Assembly: GCF_000283555.1 (NCBI RefSeq)
Contig: NC_016012.1
Coordinates: 1,350,001-1,382,000, forward strand
Source: Candidatus Arthromitus sp. SFB-rat-Yit
Lineage (GTDB): Bacteria > Bacillota > Clostridia > Clostridiales > Clostridiaceae
Reading direction: 5' to 3'
Length of the DNA: 32,000 nucleotides
Positions 9,117 through 19,289 of the stretch are shown here, one piece after another; the stretch's first letter is position 1; each line of letters opens with the position of its first letter. The translations under genes and the position numbers were made by a program. The notes under the pieces are model-generated. The model saw only the letters and a program-made list of their open reading frames with translations. It did no database searches and was not told the origin of the DNA.

Positions 9117-10715
9117 TTATTTTAAAAATATAAATGCTTCTGGTCCTAAAGGTAATTTTAAGAACATCCACAATATCAATAATACTATCCAAGATATTAA
9201 AAAAGCTATTGAATATGGTAACATTAATGATATCAGTGTACCTATTCCACTCTTCTTATCGTATTTTTTTATAAGCATTGCAATTATTGGAAAATACGGA
9301 AGCAAAGGAGTTATTATATTAGTAGTAGAATCTCCTATCCTATATGCTATCTGAGTAAATTCCGGGCTATAACCAAGCCTCATAAATAATGGAACAAATA
9401 CAGGAGCTAATATCGCCCACTTAGCAGATGCACTTCCTACAAATAGATTTATAAAACCAGTTATGAGTATAAATCCTATTATAAGAGGTATTCCTACAAA
9501 CCCTATATCTTCTAAAAACTTAGCTCCATCTACTGCAATTATTGTTGCAATTTTACTTCTCTCAAATAAATTTATAAATTGTGCCGCAAAAAATGATAAC
9601 ACAAGATATGATCCCATAGATGACATAGATTTTGACATAGAATTAATAATATCACTATCTTTCTTAATCTTACCTGATCCAATTCCAAAAAACACACCAG
9701 GAATCAAAAATAAAAACGCAAGTATAACAACAATACCATTAATAAATGGTGATTTATTAATTATTGATCCTGTTTCTGGATTTCTGAGCATTCCACCTGG
9801 TAAAAGACCTATACCTATTATAATTAAAAGTATCAATAAAGATATTCCAGCATATATAAGACCTTTTTTCTCACTTTTTGTAAACTTAAAGGAATCTTCA
9901 TTTTGAACTTCAACTTGCTCAACAAAATTATCAGGATTATTACTTTTTTCAAGTCTTGGAATTATTATATATTCAGTTATAAGTGTTCCAATTATAGTTA
10001 TTAAAAATGTAGAAACTACCATAAAATAATAGTTACTAGTTGGATTTACAACATATGATGGATCTATTATATTAGCCGCAGACTGACTAAGTCCACTTAA
10101 CAATGGATCAACAGTTCCTATAAGAAGGTTTGCTGAAAATCCTCCAGAAACACCCGCAAAAGCTGCTGCAATACCAGCTATAGGATTTCTACCAAAGCTC
10201 TTAAATATTATAGCACCCAGTGGTACTAAAACGACATAACCCGCATCAGAAGCTATATTAGATAAAACTCCTAAAAACACAACAACAATTGTTACTAATC
10301 TACTTGGAGTACTTAAAATAAGTTTCTTTATTAATGCATCTATTAAACCAGTTCCTTCTGCCACACCTACTCCAAGCATAGAGACTAACACAACACCCAG
10401 TGGTGCAAAGCTTGTAAAATTAGTAACCATACTTGTTAAAAAATTAGCCATAGCTTCCTTGGTAAATAAATTTGTAACTTGAACTTTAACTACCTCAGAA
10501 ACTCCATCTTTTAATGTTTCGTATTCAGATACAATATTCATATTGCTTAAAATATAAGAAGCAATAACAGTTATTATACTTAATAAAACAAACAATGTTA
10601 CTGGATCTGGTAATTTATTACCTACAACCTCAATAAAATTAAGACTTTTATTAAGTATCCCAACTTTCTTATTATCTCCTGAATACTTTTCTCTTCTACT
10701 TCTTTTTTGAGCCAA
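9117..10715 (-). CDS. AbgT/MtrF-family transporter (p-aminobenzoyl-glutamate / antimetabolite transporter family)
   Basis: 532-aa polytopic membrane protein. The N-terminus is typical of the family (FIEVVGNKLPDPVTLFVLL), and many Gly/Ala-rich helices follow. It has a TTG start with AAAGGAAG upstream. Confidence 0.8.
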   Translation of the reverse strand: MAQKRSRREKYSGDNKKVGILNKSLNFIEVVGNKLPDPVTLFVLLSIITVIASYILSNMNIVSEYETLKDGVSEVVKVQVTNLFTKEAMANFLTSMVTNFTSFAPLGVVLVSMLGVGVAEGTGLIDALIKKLILSTPSRLVTIVVVFLGVLSNIASDAGYVVLVPLGAIIFKSFGRNPIAGIAAAFAGVSGGFSANLLIGTVDPLLSGLSQSAANIIDPSYVVNPTSNYYFMVVSTFLITIIGTLITEYIIIPRLEKSNNPDNFVEQVEVQNEDSFKFTKSEKKGLIYAGISLLILLIIIGIGLLPGGMLRNPETGSIINKSPFINGIVVILAFLFLIPGVFFGIGSGKIKKDSDIINSMSKSMSSMGSYLVLSFFAAQFINLFERSKIATIIAVDGAKFLEDIGFVGIPLIIGFILITGFINLFVGSASAKWAILAPVFVPLFMRLGYSPEFTQIAYRIGDSTTNIITPLLPYFPIIAMLIKKYDKKSGIGTLISLMLPYSIAFLISWIVLLILWMFLKLPLGPEAFIFLK

Positions 10716-10875
10716 ATTCTTTATCTTCCTTTCTTTTATAAATATTTTAAATTATAATAATAATATCTAGATATTTTTTAGTATTTGAACAATTATTATA
10801 CAATATTTTTATAAATATAACAATGAAAAAAACATTTTTTTGTTAAATTAATTAATTTAAAGGAGGTTATTAAAT

Positions 10876-11700
10876 TTGAATATTAAATTATGTGTATTCG
10901 ATTTGGATGGTACACTTTTAAACTCTAATAAAGAAATTACAATCGAAACAATACAAGCTATAAATAAACTAAAAAATAAAAATATACAATATACAATAGC
11001 AACTGGAAGAATGGATACTCTTGCTAGAAAATATCAAAAACAAATAAACTCTAATTTACCTATAATATCATGTAATGGGTCCCTAATACGCGACCTATCT
11101 GGTAATACACTTTATAAAAAGTATTTAAATTTTGATACCGTCAAGACCTTAGTGGAATTCTATAACTTAAATAATCTGGACTTTATGTTATACACTGAAA
11201 ATACTATATTAAGTACCCCTAATAATCCAAGATTGATATTATTAGAAAATTTGAATTCATCATCACAGCCTGAGGATAGATTTGATATCGAAATATTAAA
11301 TAGAGATATAGAATACTACTCTAATCTAATATTCTTAAAATCCCTAGCTTACATAGAAAATAGAGAAAAACTATTAGATATAGAATATATAATGAGAAAA
11401 GAATTTAAAGATCTATCTATTGTATCATCTGATAAAACTTTGCTTGATATAATGCCTTCTGGTGTAAATAAAGGCACTGGACTTCAAAATCTATGTAAGA
11501 TATTAAATATTAATAGAGATGAAATTGTTGTATTTGGTGATAATTTTAACGATTTAGAAATGATTAATTTCTCAAAAACTTCTGTTGTACCTTCAAATGG
11601 TGAAGAATCTATAAAAAATATAGCAACATTTGTGACAAAAAGTAATGATGATAATGGTATTGCTTTTGCAATAAATGAATTTATACTAAAAAATGTGTAG
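10876..11700 (+). CDS. Cof-type HAD-IIB family phosphatase
   Basis: HAD motif I is VFDLDGTLLNS and motif IV is FGDNFNDLEM. The 274-aa length is typical of the Cof/YidA subfamily. AGGAGG lies before the TTG start. Confidence 0.85.
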   Translation: MNIKLCVFDLDGTLLNSNKEITIETIQAINKLKNKNIQYTIATGRMDTLARKYQKQINSNLPIISCNGSLIRDLSGNTLYKKYLNFDTVKTLVEFYNLNNLDFMLYTENTILSTPNNPRLILLENLNSSSQPEDRFDIEILNRDIEYYSNLIFLKSLAYIENREKLLDIEYIMRKEFKDLSIVSSDKTLLDIMPSGVNKGTGLQNLCKILNINRDEIVVFGDNFNDLEMINFSKTSVVPSNGEESIKNIATFVTKSNDDNGIAFAINEFILKNV

Positions 11701-11724
11701 CCTTTACATGCTACACATTTTTTA
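11687..11724. terminator. Bidirectional terminator shared by the HAD gene and glmM
   Basis: A perfect 15-bp stem, TAAAAAATGTGTAGC / GCTACACATTTTTTA, surrounds an 8-nt loop. The stem covers both stop codons (11698-11700 and 11711-13). A-runs and T-runs give U-tracts in both directions. Confidence 0.75.
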
Positions 11725-13066
11725 TTTTAGAATTTATTGCACTTTTAATATCTTCCCCAATATTTTTAATTACATTTATATCTTCACCTTCAACCATAAC
11801 TCTAATTAAATTTTCAGTTCCAGATTCTCTAACCAAAATCCTACCATTACTCGAAAGTTCATTTTCATACTTATTTATCAACTCAACAATTTCTTTATTT
11901 TCCTTATATATTTTTTTATTAATCTCATCAACTTCTATATTAATTAATACTTGGGGAAATTCATTTATAACTGAACACAATTCTTTTAAACTTTTCCCTT
12001 TTTCTTTAACTATTTTACTTACTATTAATGATGTTAAAATCCCATCACCTGTTTTATTATCCAAAAGTATTATATGACCAGATTGTTCTCCACCAATTAC
12101 ATAATTATTTTCGTTCATATTTTGAAAAACATATTTATCTCCAACACAAACTGTAGATATAGATATATCAAATTTTTCCAAGGATTTATAAAGTCCAATA
12201 TTACTCATAACTGTTACAACTACTGAATTTTTATTTAAAATTCCATTTTCTTTAAAATAAATAGCAATTAATCCCATTATAAAATCACCATTTATTATGT
12301 TACCCTCATGATCAACAGCTAAACATCTATCCGCATCACCATCATATGCAAATCCTAAATCACACTTATTTTTAACAACAAATTCACATATCTCATCCAT
12401 GTAAGTAGATCCACATTTATTATTAATATTAATTCCATTAGGGGAATCATTTATAATTAATACTTCTGCTTCCGTTCCTTCAAATACCTTTCTTGCAATA
12501 GAATAAGCAGAACCATTAGCACAATCTAACGCAATTTTCAGTCCCCTTAAATTTTCTCCCCCTAAATTACTTTTTAAAAATGCGATATACTCATCGACTA
12601 TATCAGGAGAAAATTCAATTTTACCAATATCTTTTGTGTTACCTATATTATCTCCATTTAATAAATTAAAATACAACTTTTCAATTTGATCCTCTAAACC
12701 GTCACTGAGTTTTACTCCATCACTATCAAAAAACTTTATCCCATTATATTCGTATGGATTATGAGATGCTGAAACCATAACACCTCCAAGCAATCCAAAC
12801 TTTTGAATCAAATAACCTATAGCTGGAGTAGGAACATTCGATACCCTTATAACATCTATTCCAGTAGACGAAATACCTGCACATATACTATGCTCAATCA
12901 TAGAGCTTGATATTCTTGTATCAATACCCACAATCATTTTTCTTTTATTTACACTATTTTTACATAATATCTTAGCTCCGCACCTACCGATATTATAAGC
13001 AAGTTCTCCAGTCAATTTAATATTTGCAATTCCCCTAATACCATCTGTACCAAATAACTTCCCCAT
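11711..13066 (-). CDS. glmM: Phosphoglucosamine mutase
   Basis: 451 aa. It begins MGKLFGTDGIRG. The active-site serine loop is VSASHNPYEYNGIKFF and the metal loop is DGDADR. Confidence 0.96.
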   Translation of the reverse strand: MGKLFGTDGIRGIANIKLTGELAYNIGRCGAKILCKNSVNKRKMIVGIDTRISSSMIEHSICAGISSTGIDVIRVSNVPTPAIGYLIQKFGLLGGVMVSASHNPYEYNGIKFFDSDGVKLSDGLEDQIEKLYFNLLNGDNIGNTKDIGKIEFSPDIVDEYIAFLKSNLGGENLRGLKIALDCANGSAYSIARKVFEGTEAEVLIINDSPNGININNKCGSTYMDEICEFVVKNKCDLGFAYDGDADRCLAVDHEGNIINGDFIMGLIAIYFKENGILNKNSVVVTVMSNIGLYKSLEKFDISISTVCVGDKYVFQNMNENNYVIGGEQSGHIILLDNKTGDGILTSLIVSKIVKEKGKSLKELCSVINEFPQVLINIEVDEINKKIYKENKEIVELINKYENELSSNGRILVRESGTENLIRVMVEGEDINVIKNIGEDIKSAINSKIKNV

Positions 13067-13082
13067 AATTAAACTCCTTTAT

Positions 13083-13610
13083 TTATATAAAATCATATCC
13101 AACCTTAAATGCTGTTTTATTATCTTCAATACTAAACCTAGTATCTGTGTATTTACCAAAAACATAAAATATAGAATCTATAGATATTTTATTAATAACT
13201 TTAATTAAAGATCCAAGTATAACAATATTCCCTAGAACCTTTTCTGATATACTTTTTGCAATACTCTGAACTGGTATATCTAGGTAATTGATATTTTCTC
13301 TCTTATTATAGGATTTAACTATATCTGAATTGATGAGCATAAATCCACTATCCAAAACCTTACTTTCATATTTATTAAATGATGGATAATTCATAGCAAT
13401 CATATATTCAGGCCTAAGTACAATTGGCGACAAAATTTTTTTATCACTCATTACAACCGAACAGCTTGCTGTCCCCCCTCTCATTTCAGGACCATAAGAT
13501 GGAAGCCAAGTAACATTTAATCCACTTTCAAGTGCAGCATAAGAAAGTATCCTCGATATAAACAATATACCTTGTCCTCCAAAACCGGAAAATAAAATTT
13601 CTAAATTCAT
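13083..13610 (-). CDS. 2-oxoacid:ferredoxin oxidoreductase, gamma subunit
   Basis: The motif is FSGFGGQGILF. The track start (13655) overlaps the beta subunit gene. The ATG at 13610 (MNLEILFSG...) lies 10 nt after the beta stop and fits family N-termini better. Confidence 0.85.
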   Translation of the reverse strand: MNLEILFSGFGGQGILFISRILSYAALESGLNVTWLPSYGPEMRGGTASCSVVMSDKKILSPIVLRPEYMIAMNYPSFNKYESKVLDSGFMLINSDIVKSYNKRENINYLDIPVQSIAKSISEKVLGNIVILGSLIKVINKISIDSIFYVFGKYTDTRFSIEDNKTAFKVGYDFI

Positions 13611-13620
13611 ATTATCAACT

Positions 13621-14352
13621 CTATTCCTTAAATTTTTTAAGTTTAAACTCTTCACTCATATTTTCTTCAACCCATTTTAACGAATCTACTGCATTTTTTC
13701 CCCAGTTAGTTGGGCATGTTGACAATATCTCTATCAAACAAAAACCCTCACCATTTTTAACATACTCAAAAGCCTTTTTTATAGATTTTTTAGTATTCAT
13801 AACCCCTTTCAAATTATGAGTTGAAACTCTCTCTAAATACCTAACACCTTCTATAGTTTCAAGTAATTCACAAATTTTAATAGGGGCACCATAACTATCT
13901 TTATTTTTACCTTTTGGACTAGTTTCTGTAACCTGACCATTTAAAGTTGTAGGAGCCATTTGTCCACCTGTCATTCCATAAGTTCCGTTATTTATAAATA
14001 TAACAACTATATTTTCCCCTCTTAAAGCCGCATGTATAATTTCAGAAGTTCCTATAGCAGCTAAATCTCCATCTCCTTGATATGTAAATACAACTCTATC
14101 TTTTAAAAGTCTTGATACTGAAGTTGCAACTGATGGTGCTCGTCCATGTGCAGCACTAATAAAATCACAATCTATGTATTCATATATAAAAACCGAACAT
14201 CCTACAGACGCAATCCCTATTGATATATCTAATATATCAAGTTCAACCAACACTTCTGCAATAATATTATTTATTATACCATGAGTACAACCTGGACAAT
14301 AATGACTTTTAACATCTACAATTCCCTTGGAAGGTTCAAACTTTATACTCAT
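13621..14352 (-). CDS. 2-oxoacid:ferredoxin oxidoreductase, beta (TPP-binding) subunit
   Basis: The Cys cluster is HYCPGCTHG. The TPP motif is GDGDLAAIG...NNGTYGMTGGQ. Confidence 0.9.
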   Translation of the reverse strand: MSIKFEPSKGIVDVKSHYCPGCTHGIINNIIAEVLVELDILDISIGIASVGCSVFIYEYIDCDFISAAHGRAPSVATSVSRLLKDRVVFTYQGDGDLAAIGTSEIIHAALRGENIVVIFINNGTYGMTGGQMAPTTLNGQVTETSPKGKNKDSYGAPIKICELLETIEGVRYLERVSTHNLKGVMNTKKSIKKAFEYVKNGEGFCLIEILSTCPTNWGKNAVDSLKWVEENMSEEFKLKKFKE

Positions 14353-15436
14353 TAACTTCTCCTTTAATAATATCTTTCACATATTTAATTACACTCTCAT
14401 AATCTATTATATCTCCCGAAACCTCAGCATAAGAATAAACTTTATTACTCCCATTAGAAGATAATATTACATCTTCAACCATTTGTCCAAAATTCATCTC
14501 AATACATAAAAATCCATATTTAGTATTTTCAGACATATCTCTTATAGCCTCATGAGGAAACGGCCACAAAGTTATGGGTCTTATTATACCAACTTCTATA
14601 TTTTCCTTTTTCAATTCCTCAGCGGCTTTTTCACATGTTCTTGAGATCATACCAAAACATACCATAATAATATCAACTTTTTTATCTAAATTAATTTTTT
14701 CGTACTTAACCTCATTTTCCCTTATCTTTAAATATTTATTATTAAGGTCACTCATATGGTTCCTTAAATCATTATTATCTAAATTTAATGATTTAATTAT
14801 ATTTCTATTCCTTCTATGTAATTTACCATTTGAACTCCATGGTTTTGAATTTATAATATCAGTTAATGTATAAACCTCACCATCATATTCATCTTCTATT
14901 TCTAATGATTCCATAACTTGTCCAAGAGTTCCATCTAAAAATATGATTACTGGATTTCTATACTTATCAGCTAAATAAAAAGATTCCATTGTTAAATTAT
15001 ATATTTCTTGAACACTATTTGGAGCTAAAACAATAGCCCTGCCACCACCATGACCCAATCCTTTTGTCATAAAGAAATAATCCTGCTGAGATGGTTGTAT
15101 CCCACCTAAGCCTGGACCAACACGACATACATTAACTATTACACAAGGAAGTTCAGATCCAATTATATATGATATACCTTCTGCCTTTAAACTCATTCCA
15201 GGGCTAGCTGTTGAAGTCATTACTCTAAATCCAGCAGCTGCCGCTCCATATACCATATTAATTGCTGAAACTTCACTTTCAGCCTGAATAATTAATCTAT
15301 TATATTCAGGCATTTTTTTTGATAAATACGCAACTAATTCTGTTTGCGGAGTTATAGGATATCCAAAAAAAGCATTACATCCTGCTCTAATTGTTGCCTC
15401 TCCTAAAGCTTCACATCCCTTACACAAAATTCTCAA
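14336..15436 (-). CDS. 2-oxoacid:ferredoxin oxidoreductase, alpha subunit
   Basis: 366 aa. The N-terminus GCEALGEATIRAGCNAFFGYPITPQTE is typical of KorA/VorA/PorA-type alpha subunits. Confidence 0.9.
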   Translation of the reverse strand: MRILCKGCEALGEATIRAGCNAFFGYPITPQTELVAYLSKKMPEYNRLIIQAESEVSAINMVYGAAAAGFRVMTSTASPGMSLKAEGISYIIGSELPCVIVNVCRVGPGLGGIQPSQQDYFFMTKGLGHGGGRAIVLAPNSVQEIYNLTMESFYLADKYRNPVIIFLDGTLGQVMESLEIEDEYDGEVYTLTDIINSKPWSSNGKLHRRNRNIIKSLNLDNNDLRNHMSDLNNKYLKIRENEVKYEKINLDKKVDIIMVCFGMISRTCEKAAEELKKENIEVGIIRPITLWPFPHEAIRDMSENTKYGFLCIEMNFGQMVEDVILSSNGSNKVYSYAEVSGDIIDYESVIKYVKDIIKGEVNEYKV

Positions 15437-15441
15437 TATCT

Positions 15442-15669
15442 TTACACCCCATCATTAATTATAGTTATTACCGAATCTGGACACATTCTAAAACAAAATC
15501 CACATCCTATACATTTTTTTTGATTGTCTGCTGTTATATTTGCAAAATTATATCCTATTATATTCGTATTATCTGACATACTTATTATACCTTTAGGACA
15601 CGACGTTTCGCATAATTTACAACCTTTACATCTATCTTCTCTAAACAATACTTTATAAATAAATATCAC
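15442..15669 (-). CDS. 2-oxoacid:ferredoxin oxidoreductase, delta subunit (2x[4Fe-4S] ferredoxin)
   Basis: 75 aa with two CxxCxxCxxxCP-type motifs (CKGCKLCETSCP, CIGCGFCFRMCP). It has a GTG start. Confidence 0.85.
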   Translation of the reverse strand: MIFIYKVLFREDRCKGCKLCETSCPKGIISMSDNTNIIGYNFANITADNQKKCIGCGFCFRMCPDSVITIINDGV

Positions 15670-15685
15670 CTCTTTTTTAAATATC

Positions 15686-16654
15686 TTAATTTTGTTGCTC
15701 TATTTTACTGACCTTAACTTTTATAATAACAGAATTTTTATTTTCTACAGTTTCTATACCATTTGCTATCTTAATCGGAACCTCTATTATAGAATTTTCA
15801 GTTATTTTTGATAAATTAACACTTTCAGATGAAATTTTATATATATTTGTTATAACATCTTCCGTTCCTATTATTTTAAGTACTCTTGGTATAACCTCAA
15901 CACTCTCTAATTTTAATCCTTCAGGTAAATTATCTACAAATGGAACTTCAATTTCTACGTCCTTTAAAGCTTTAACCATAATATACATATCTACAACTTC
16001 CGTGGATAAATCCAAAAACTGATTTATTTCTTTTCCATCTTTATCTAAAAATTTAATTTTTAAGCTCTGATATGTATCTTTTTTTAAATCATTAAAACTA
16101 GCACTAACAATTGCTCTATTTACTTCATTTACATATTTAGCTGCTCCCGATACTGTAACATATTCTGGATTTATCACAGGTTCAAAAGAATAAAATCCAT
16201 CTACATTAACATTATTAATTATCTTATCTATAGGAACCTTCTTTTCAATGAATTCATCTATCTGAATTTTAATATCTAAATCATTTGGTCTAGTTATAGA
16301 TATGTTTGGAGGAATACTTCTTATATATCCCCTAACTACATTTTCACCTTTTTGAAGATCATACACACTCAAATCTAAAAAAATTTCAAAATTATCAGGT
16401 TTTAAATTATAAATATCATTTGCCTTACCTTCTACATTCAAATTAACTGTAAATTTTTGATTTGGTAAAACAATTATTCCATTTTTTTTAATACTTAAAC
16501 TATTTATAACATTAACCGGTATATTATAAACTCTTGTAGTTAATACGGGATTTAAAGAAATAACTACATATACCCAGCTTACAAACGCAATTACAAAACA
16601 GGATATCTTTACAATTATCCCTTGTGTTTGCTTTTTATTTTTCCCCTTATCCAA
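15686..16654 (-). CDS. cdaR: CdaA regulatory protein CdaR (YbbR-domain protein)
   Basis: 322 aa with an N-terminal membrane anchor and repeated beta-rich YbbR-like segments. It overlaps the end of cdaA by 40 nt, which is the conserved position downstream of cdaA. Confidence 0.8.
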   Translation of the reverse strand: MDKGKNKKQTQGIIVKISCFVIAFVSWVYVVISLNPVLTTRVYNIPVNVINSLSIKKNGIIVLPNQKFTVNLNVEGKANDIYNLKPDNFEIFLDLSVYDLQKGENVVRGYIRSIPPNISITRPNDLDIKIQIDEFIEKKVPIDKIINNVNVDGFYSFEPVINPEYVTVSGAAKYVNEVNRAIVSASFNDLKKDTYQSLKIKFLDKDGKEINQFLDLSTEVVDMYIMVKALKDVEIEVPFVDNLPEGLKLESVEVIPRVLKIIGTEDVITNIYKISSESVNLSKITENSIIEVPIKIANGIETVENKNSVIIKVKVSKIEQQN

Positions 16655-17475
16655 CCTTTTACCCTACCTTTAAATGATAATGTTTTTAAATTATTATATT
16701 CAAACATCCTATTTAACAAAGAATTCAGCCTCTCAAAATCATAATTCCTAGTCATTTTACCATTCACAAATAAAGATATAATTCCAGTTTCCTCCGATAC
16801 CACAATAATAATAGCATCACTTACTTCAGATATACCAAAAGCAGCTCTATGACGAGTACCTAAACTTTTATCTATATTTTGATAGCTTAATGGAAGAAAA
16901 CATCCAGCTGCTTCAATTAAACCATCTTTTATAACTATTGCCCCATCATGAAGTGGGCTATTAGGAAAAAATATTGTTTCTATTAACTCAGATGCTACTT
17001 TTGAATTAATAGTTGTACCACTCTCTATAACATCTCCGAGTTTTGTATTTCTCTCAATCACAATTAGTGCACCTACATTCTTATTAGACATATTAGCACA
17101 AGCTTTACATATCTCAACTATAAAATCGTTTTTTACATAATTATACCCTTTAATATATTTGTTCTTATCTGAAAATGCACTTCTACCTAAATGTTCCAAA
17201 GCCTTCCTAATTTCAGGCTGAAATAATATAACAATAGTCAAAACTCCTATTGTTAAAGTATTTTTGAATATCGAGTATACCATTTTTAATTTTAAAAGAT
17301 AACTAACAGGTATAAAAAATAAAATAAATATAATACCTTTTAATAACTGCTCAGCTCTTGTTTCTTTTATTAACATATACACTTTATATAAAACATATGC
17401 AATTATCGATATATCTATTAAATCAAAAATATTTATATTCTTTATAGTATTAAAAACTATATTTAAAAAACCCAA
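16615..17475 (-). CDS. cdaA: Diadenylate cyclase CdaA (c-di-AMP synthase)
   Basis: Three N-terminal TM helices precede a DAC domain with the motifs LHDGAIVI and GTRHRAAFGISE. It has a TTG start with AGAGGT 6 nt upstream. Confidence 0.93.
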   Translation of the reverse strand: MGFLNIVFNTIKNINIFDLIDISIIAYVLYKVYMLIKETRAEQLLKGIIFILFFIPVSYLLKLKMVYSIFKNTLTIGVLTIVILFQPEIRKALEHLGRSAFSDKNKYIKGYNYVKNDFIVEICKACANMSNKNVGALIVIERNTKLGDVIESGTTINSKVASELIETIFFPNSPLHDGAIVIKDGLIEAAGCFLPLSYQNIDKSLGTRHRAAFGISEVSDAIIIVVSEETGIISLFVNGKMTRNYDFERLNSLLNRMFEYNNLKTLSFKGRVKGWIRGKIKSKHKG

Positions 17476-17561
17476 TTATTTACCTCTTTTTTCTTTTTTA
17501 AGAATTTATCAACTAAATAAATAATATAATAAACTAACTAATTTTAAAAGGGGAGAAAATT

Positions 17562-18524
17562 TTGTATACAAAAAAAAATTTATTTAGATTTATATCTATC
17601 TTATTATTTCTAATATTCTTTAGTATATGTTGCTTTATAACATATTTAATTATTAAAAAAGAACATAGTCATAAATATAAGTTAGATTCTTATATTTCAT
17701 CTTTAAACAATACCTATAAACTTTTGGATAATAATTTAGATTCAGAAAAAAATATAACTAAATCTCTTGAAAATATAAATACATTACAAATATCAAAAAG
17801 AAATTTAAATACCTCTCTAAAATTAAATGAAATGGAGATGTTTAACAGTTTACTTCACTCATCTGAATTATATATAAAACAATTACAAAATCTCAAAAAT
17901 AATAAGAACAATGTAAATGAAAATATAACATCTTTAAAAAATTATTTTGATGGTATTTTAATAAGTTTAAAATCCCTACCTGCTAATTCAAATTTATTAA
18001 AAGAAACAATCGAAACAATAACAAATATACAAAATACATATGAAAATAGCTTTTATACAGAAAAAATAAATTCGATATCAAATCTAAACTTAAATAATTT
18101 TATAAATAAACTTAATTCTATAATGTATGATTTTCTCCCACTCATAGAAAATATAGAAGAAAAATTAATTGAAGCTAGAGAAAATAAATACGATTATCAA
18201 TTAATTATAAACAACCTTGAAAAAAACTTAGCTATAAGTGAAAATCTTAAACTTTCTTTGTCAAAACTACCTATACCTCAAGATGGATTAAATTTATATC
18301 ATCAAATGGAAGAAATTTTAGAAATATATAATGAATACAATATAAAACTAAAATACTGTATCAAGAACGAAAATTTATTGCAAAAAGAAAAATTAGATAA
18401 AGATACTCTAAATAAAATATATCAGCAAACAGATTCCATATATTCAAAACTTTTAAACCAATACAACACTTTAAAACATAAAATTGACTCTAAATTAAAT
18501 ATCCCAACTTATATATATAACTAA
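17562..18524 (+). CDS. Hypothetical membrane-anchored protein, Asn/Lys/Leu-rich and predicted helical
   Basis: 320-aa ORF with a TTG start after GGGGAG. It has an N-terminal hydrophobic anchor (FISILLFLIFFSICCFITYLII). I recognise no family motif. Confidence 0.6.
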   Translation: MYTKKNLFRFISILLFLIFFSICCFITYLIIKKEHSHKYKLDSYISSLNNTYKLLDNNLDSEKNITKSLENINTLQISKRNLNTSLKLNEMEMFNSLLHSSELYIKQLQNLKNNKNNVNENITSLKNYFDGILISLKSLPANSNLLKETIETITNIQNTYENSFYTEKINSISNLNLNNFINKLNSIMYDFLPLIENIEEKLIEARENKYDYQLIINNLEKNLAISENLKLSLSKLPIPQDGLNLYHQMEEILEIYNEYNIKLKYCIKNENLLQKEKLDKDTLNKIYQQTDSIYSKLLNQYNTLKHKIDSKLNIPTYIYN

Positions 18525-18596
18525 ACTAATAATTTTCAAACTTTTTGTACAAAATAAAAACGATTTACTATACCTTTAAATTTTTCGGAGGTATTT

Positions 18597-19289
18597 ATGA
18601 ATAATTTAAAATTTATAAGTTTAACTTTAGGAATAGCAACTACTATACTTCCCTTCATAAACGCACAGGCATTACCTATGTATGAGGATGATGGAAAACG
18701 AGTAGTTACTCCTTTAAATATATTTAATATGGAAAATAAAAACTTAAAGCGAAATCAAAAAGAAGAAATGAGCGAAATTTTAGTAAAATTATATAATAAT
18801 TATAATACACTTTTAAAAAGAGGTTTGGAAATAAATGATGTAAAAAATTCAGATCTTTATATTAATATAACTAACCAAAAAATTAATTTAAAAGAACTAC
18901 TTAACAATATCATAAGTTATCCTTACACCATTGTTAATTCAGAAATAGAGAAAAATTTTCTTGAATCTAAATTTTCATTTTGCTACTTAACTAAAGAATA
19001 TATAAAAGATGAAAACCTAACTCGTATATTTAATGCTACAGATATAACTGATATAAAGCAAGATTTAAATAATGTATTAAATAGCATAACATTATCTATT
19101 GATATAATTAAAACATTTAGAGGGGAATATAATAATACTTACCTAAATGATATAACCATGTATTTAAATTCATTAATAAATAATAACATATATAATATAG
19201 ATTCATTTAATGAACATAAAGATACTATACAAAATTTAATAAATGAAGTATCCTCATCTATAAACGATATCTTAATAGAATATATATAA
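18597..19289 (+). CDS. Hypothetical secreted protein, Asn-rich and predicted helical
   Basis: 230-aa ORF with an ATG after GGAGG. It has a signal-peptide-like N-terminus (FISLTLGIATTILPFINAQA). I recognise no family motif. Confidence 0.6.
   Translation: MNNLKFISLTLGIATTILPFINAQALPMYEDDGKRVVTPLNIFNMENKNLKRNQKEEMSEILVKLYNNYNTLLKRGLEINDVKNSDLYINITNQKINLKELLNNIISYPYTIVNSEIEKNFLESKFSFCYLTKEYIKDENLTRIFNATDITDIKQDLNNVLNSITLSIDIIKTFRGEYNNTYLNDITMYLNSLINNNIYNIDSFNEHKDTIQNLINEVSSSINDILIEYI

Noticed and set aside
9463-9906. A 147-aa plus-strand ORF inside the AbgT-family gene.
   Set aside because: It is an antisense shadow of a confidently assigned membrane-protein gene.
14574-15576. Plus-strand ORFs 14574-14873 and 15391-15576.
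   Set aside because: They lie antisense within the oxidoreductase alpha and delta genes and have a shadow-ORF composition.
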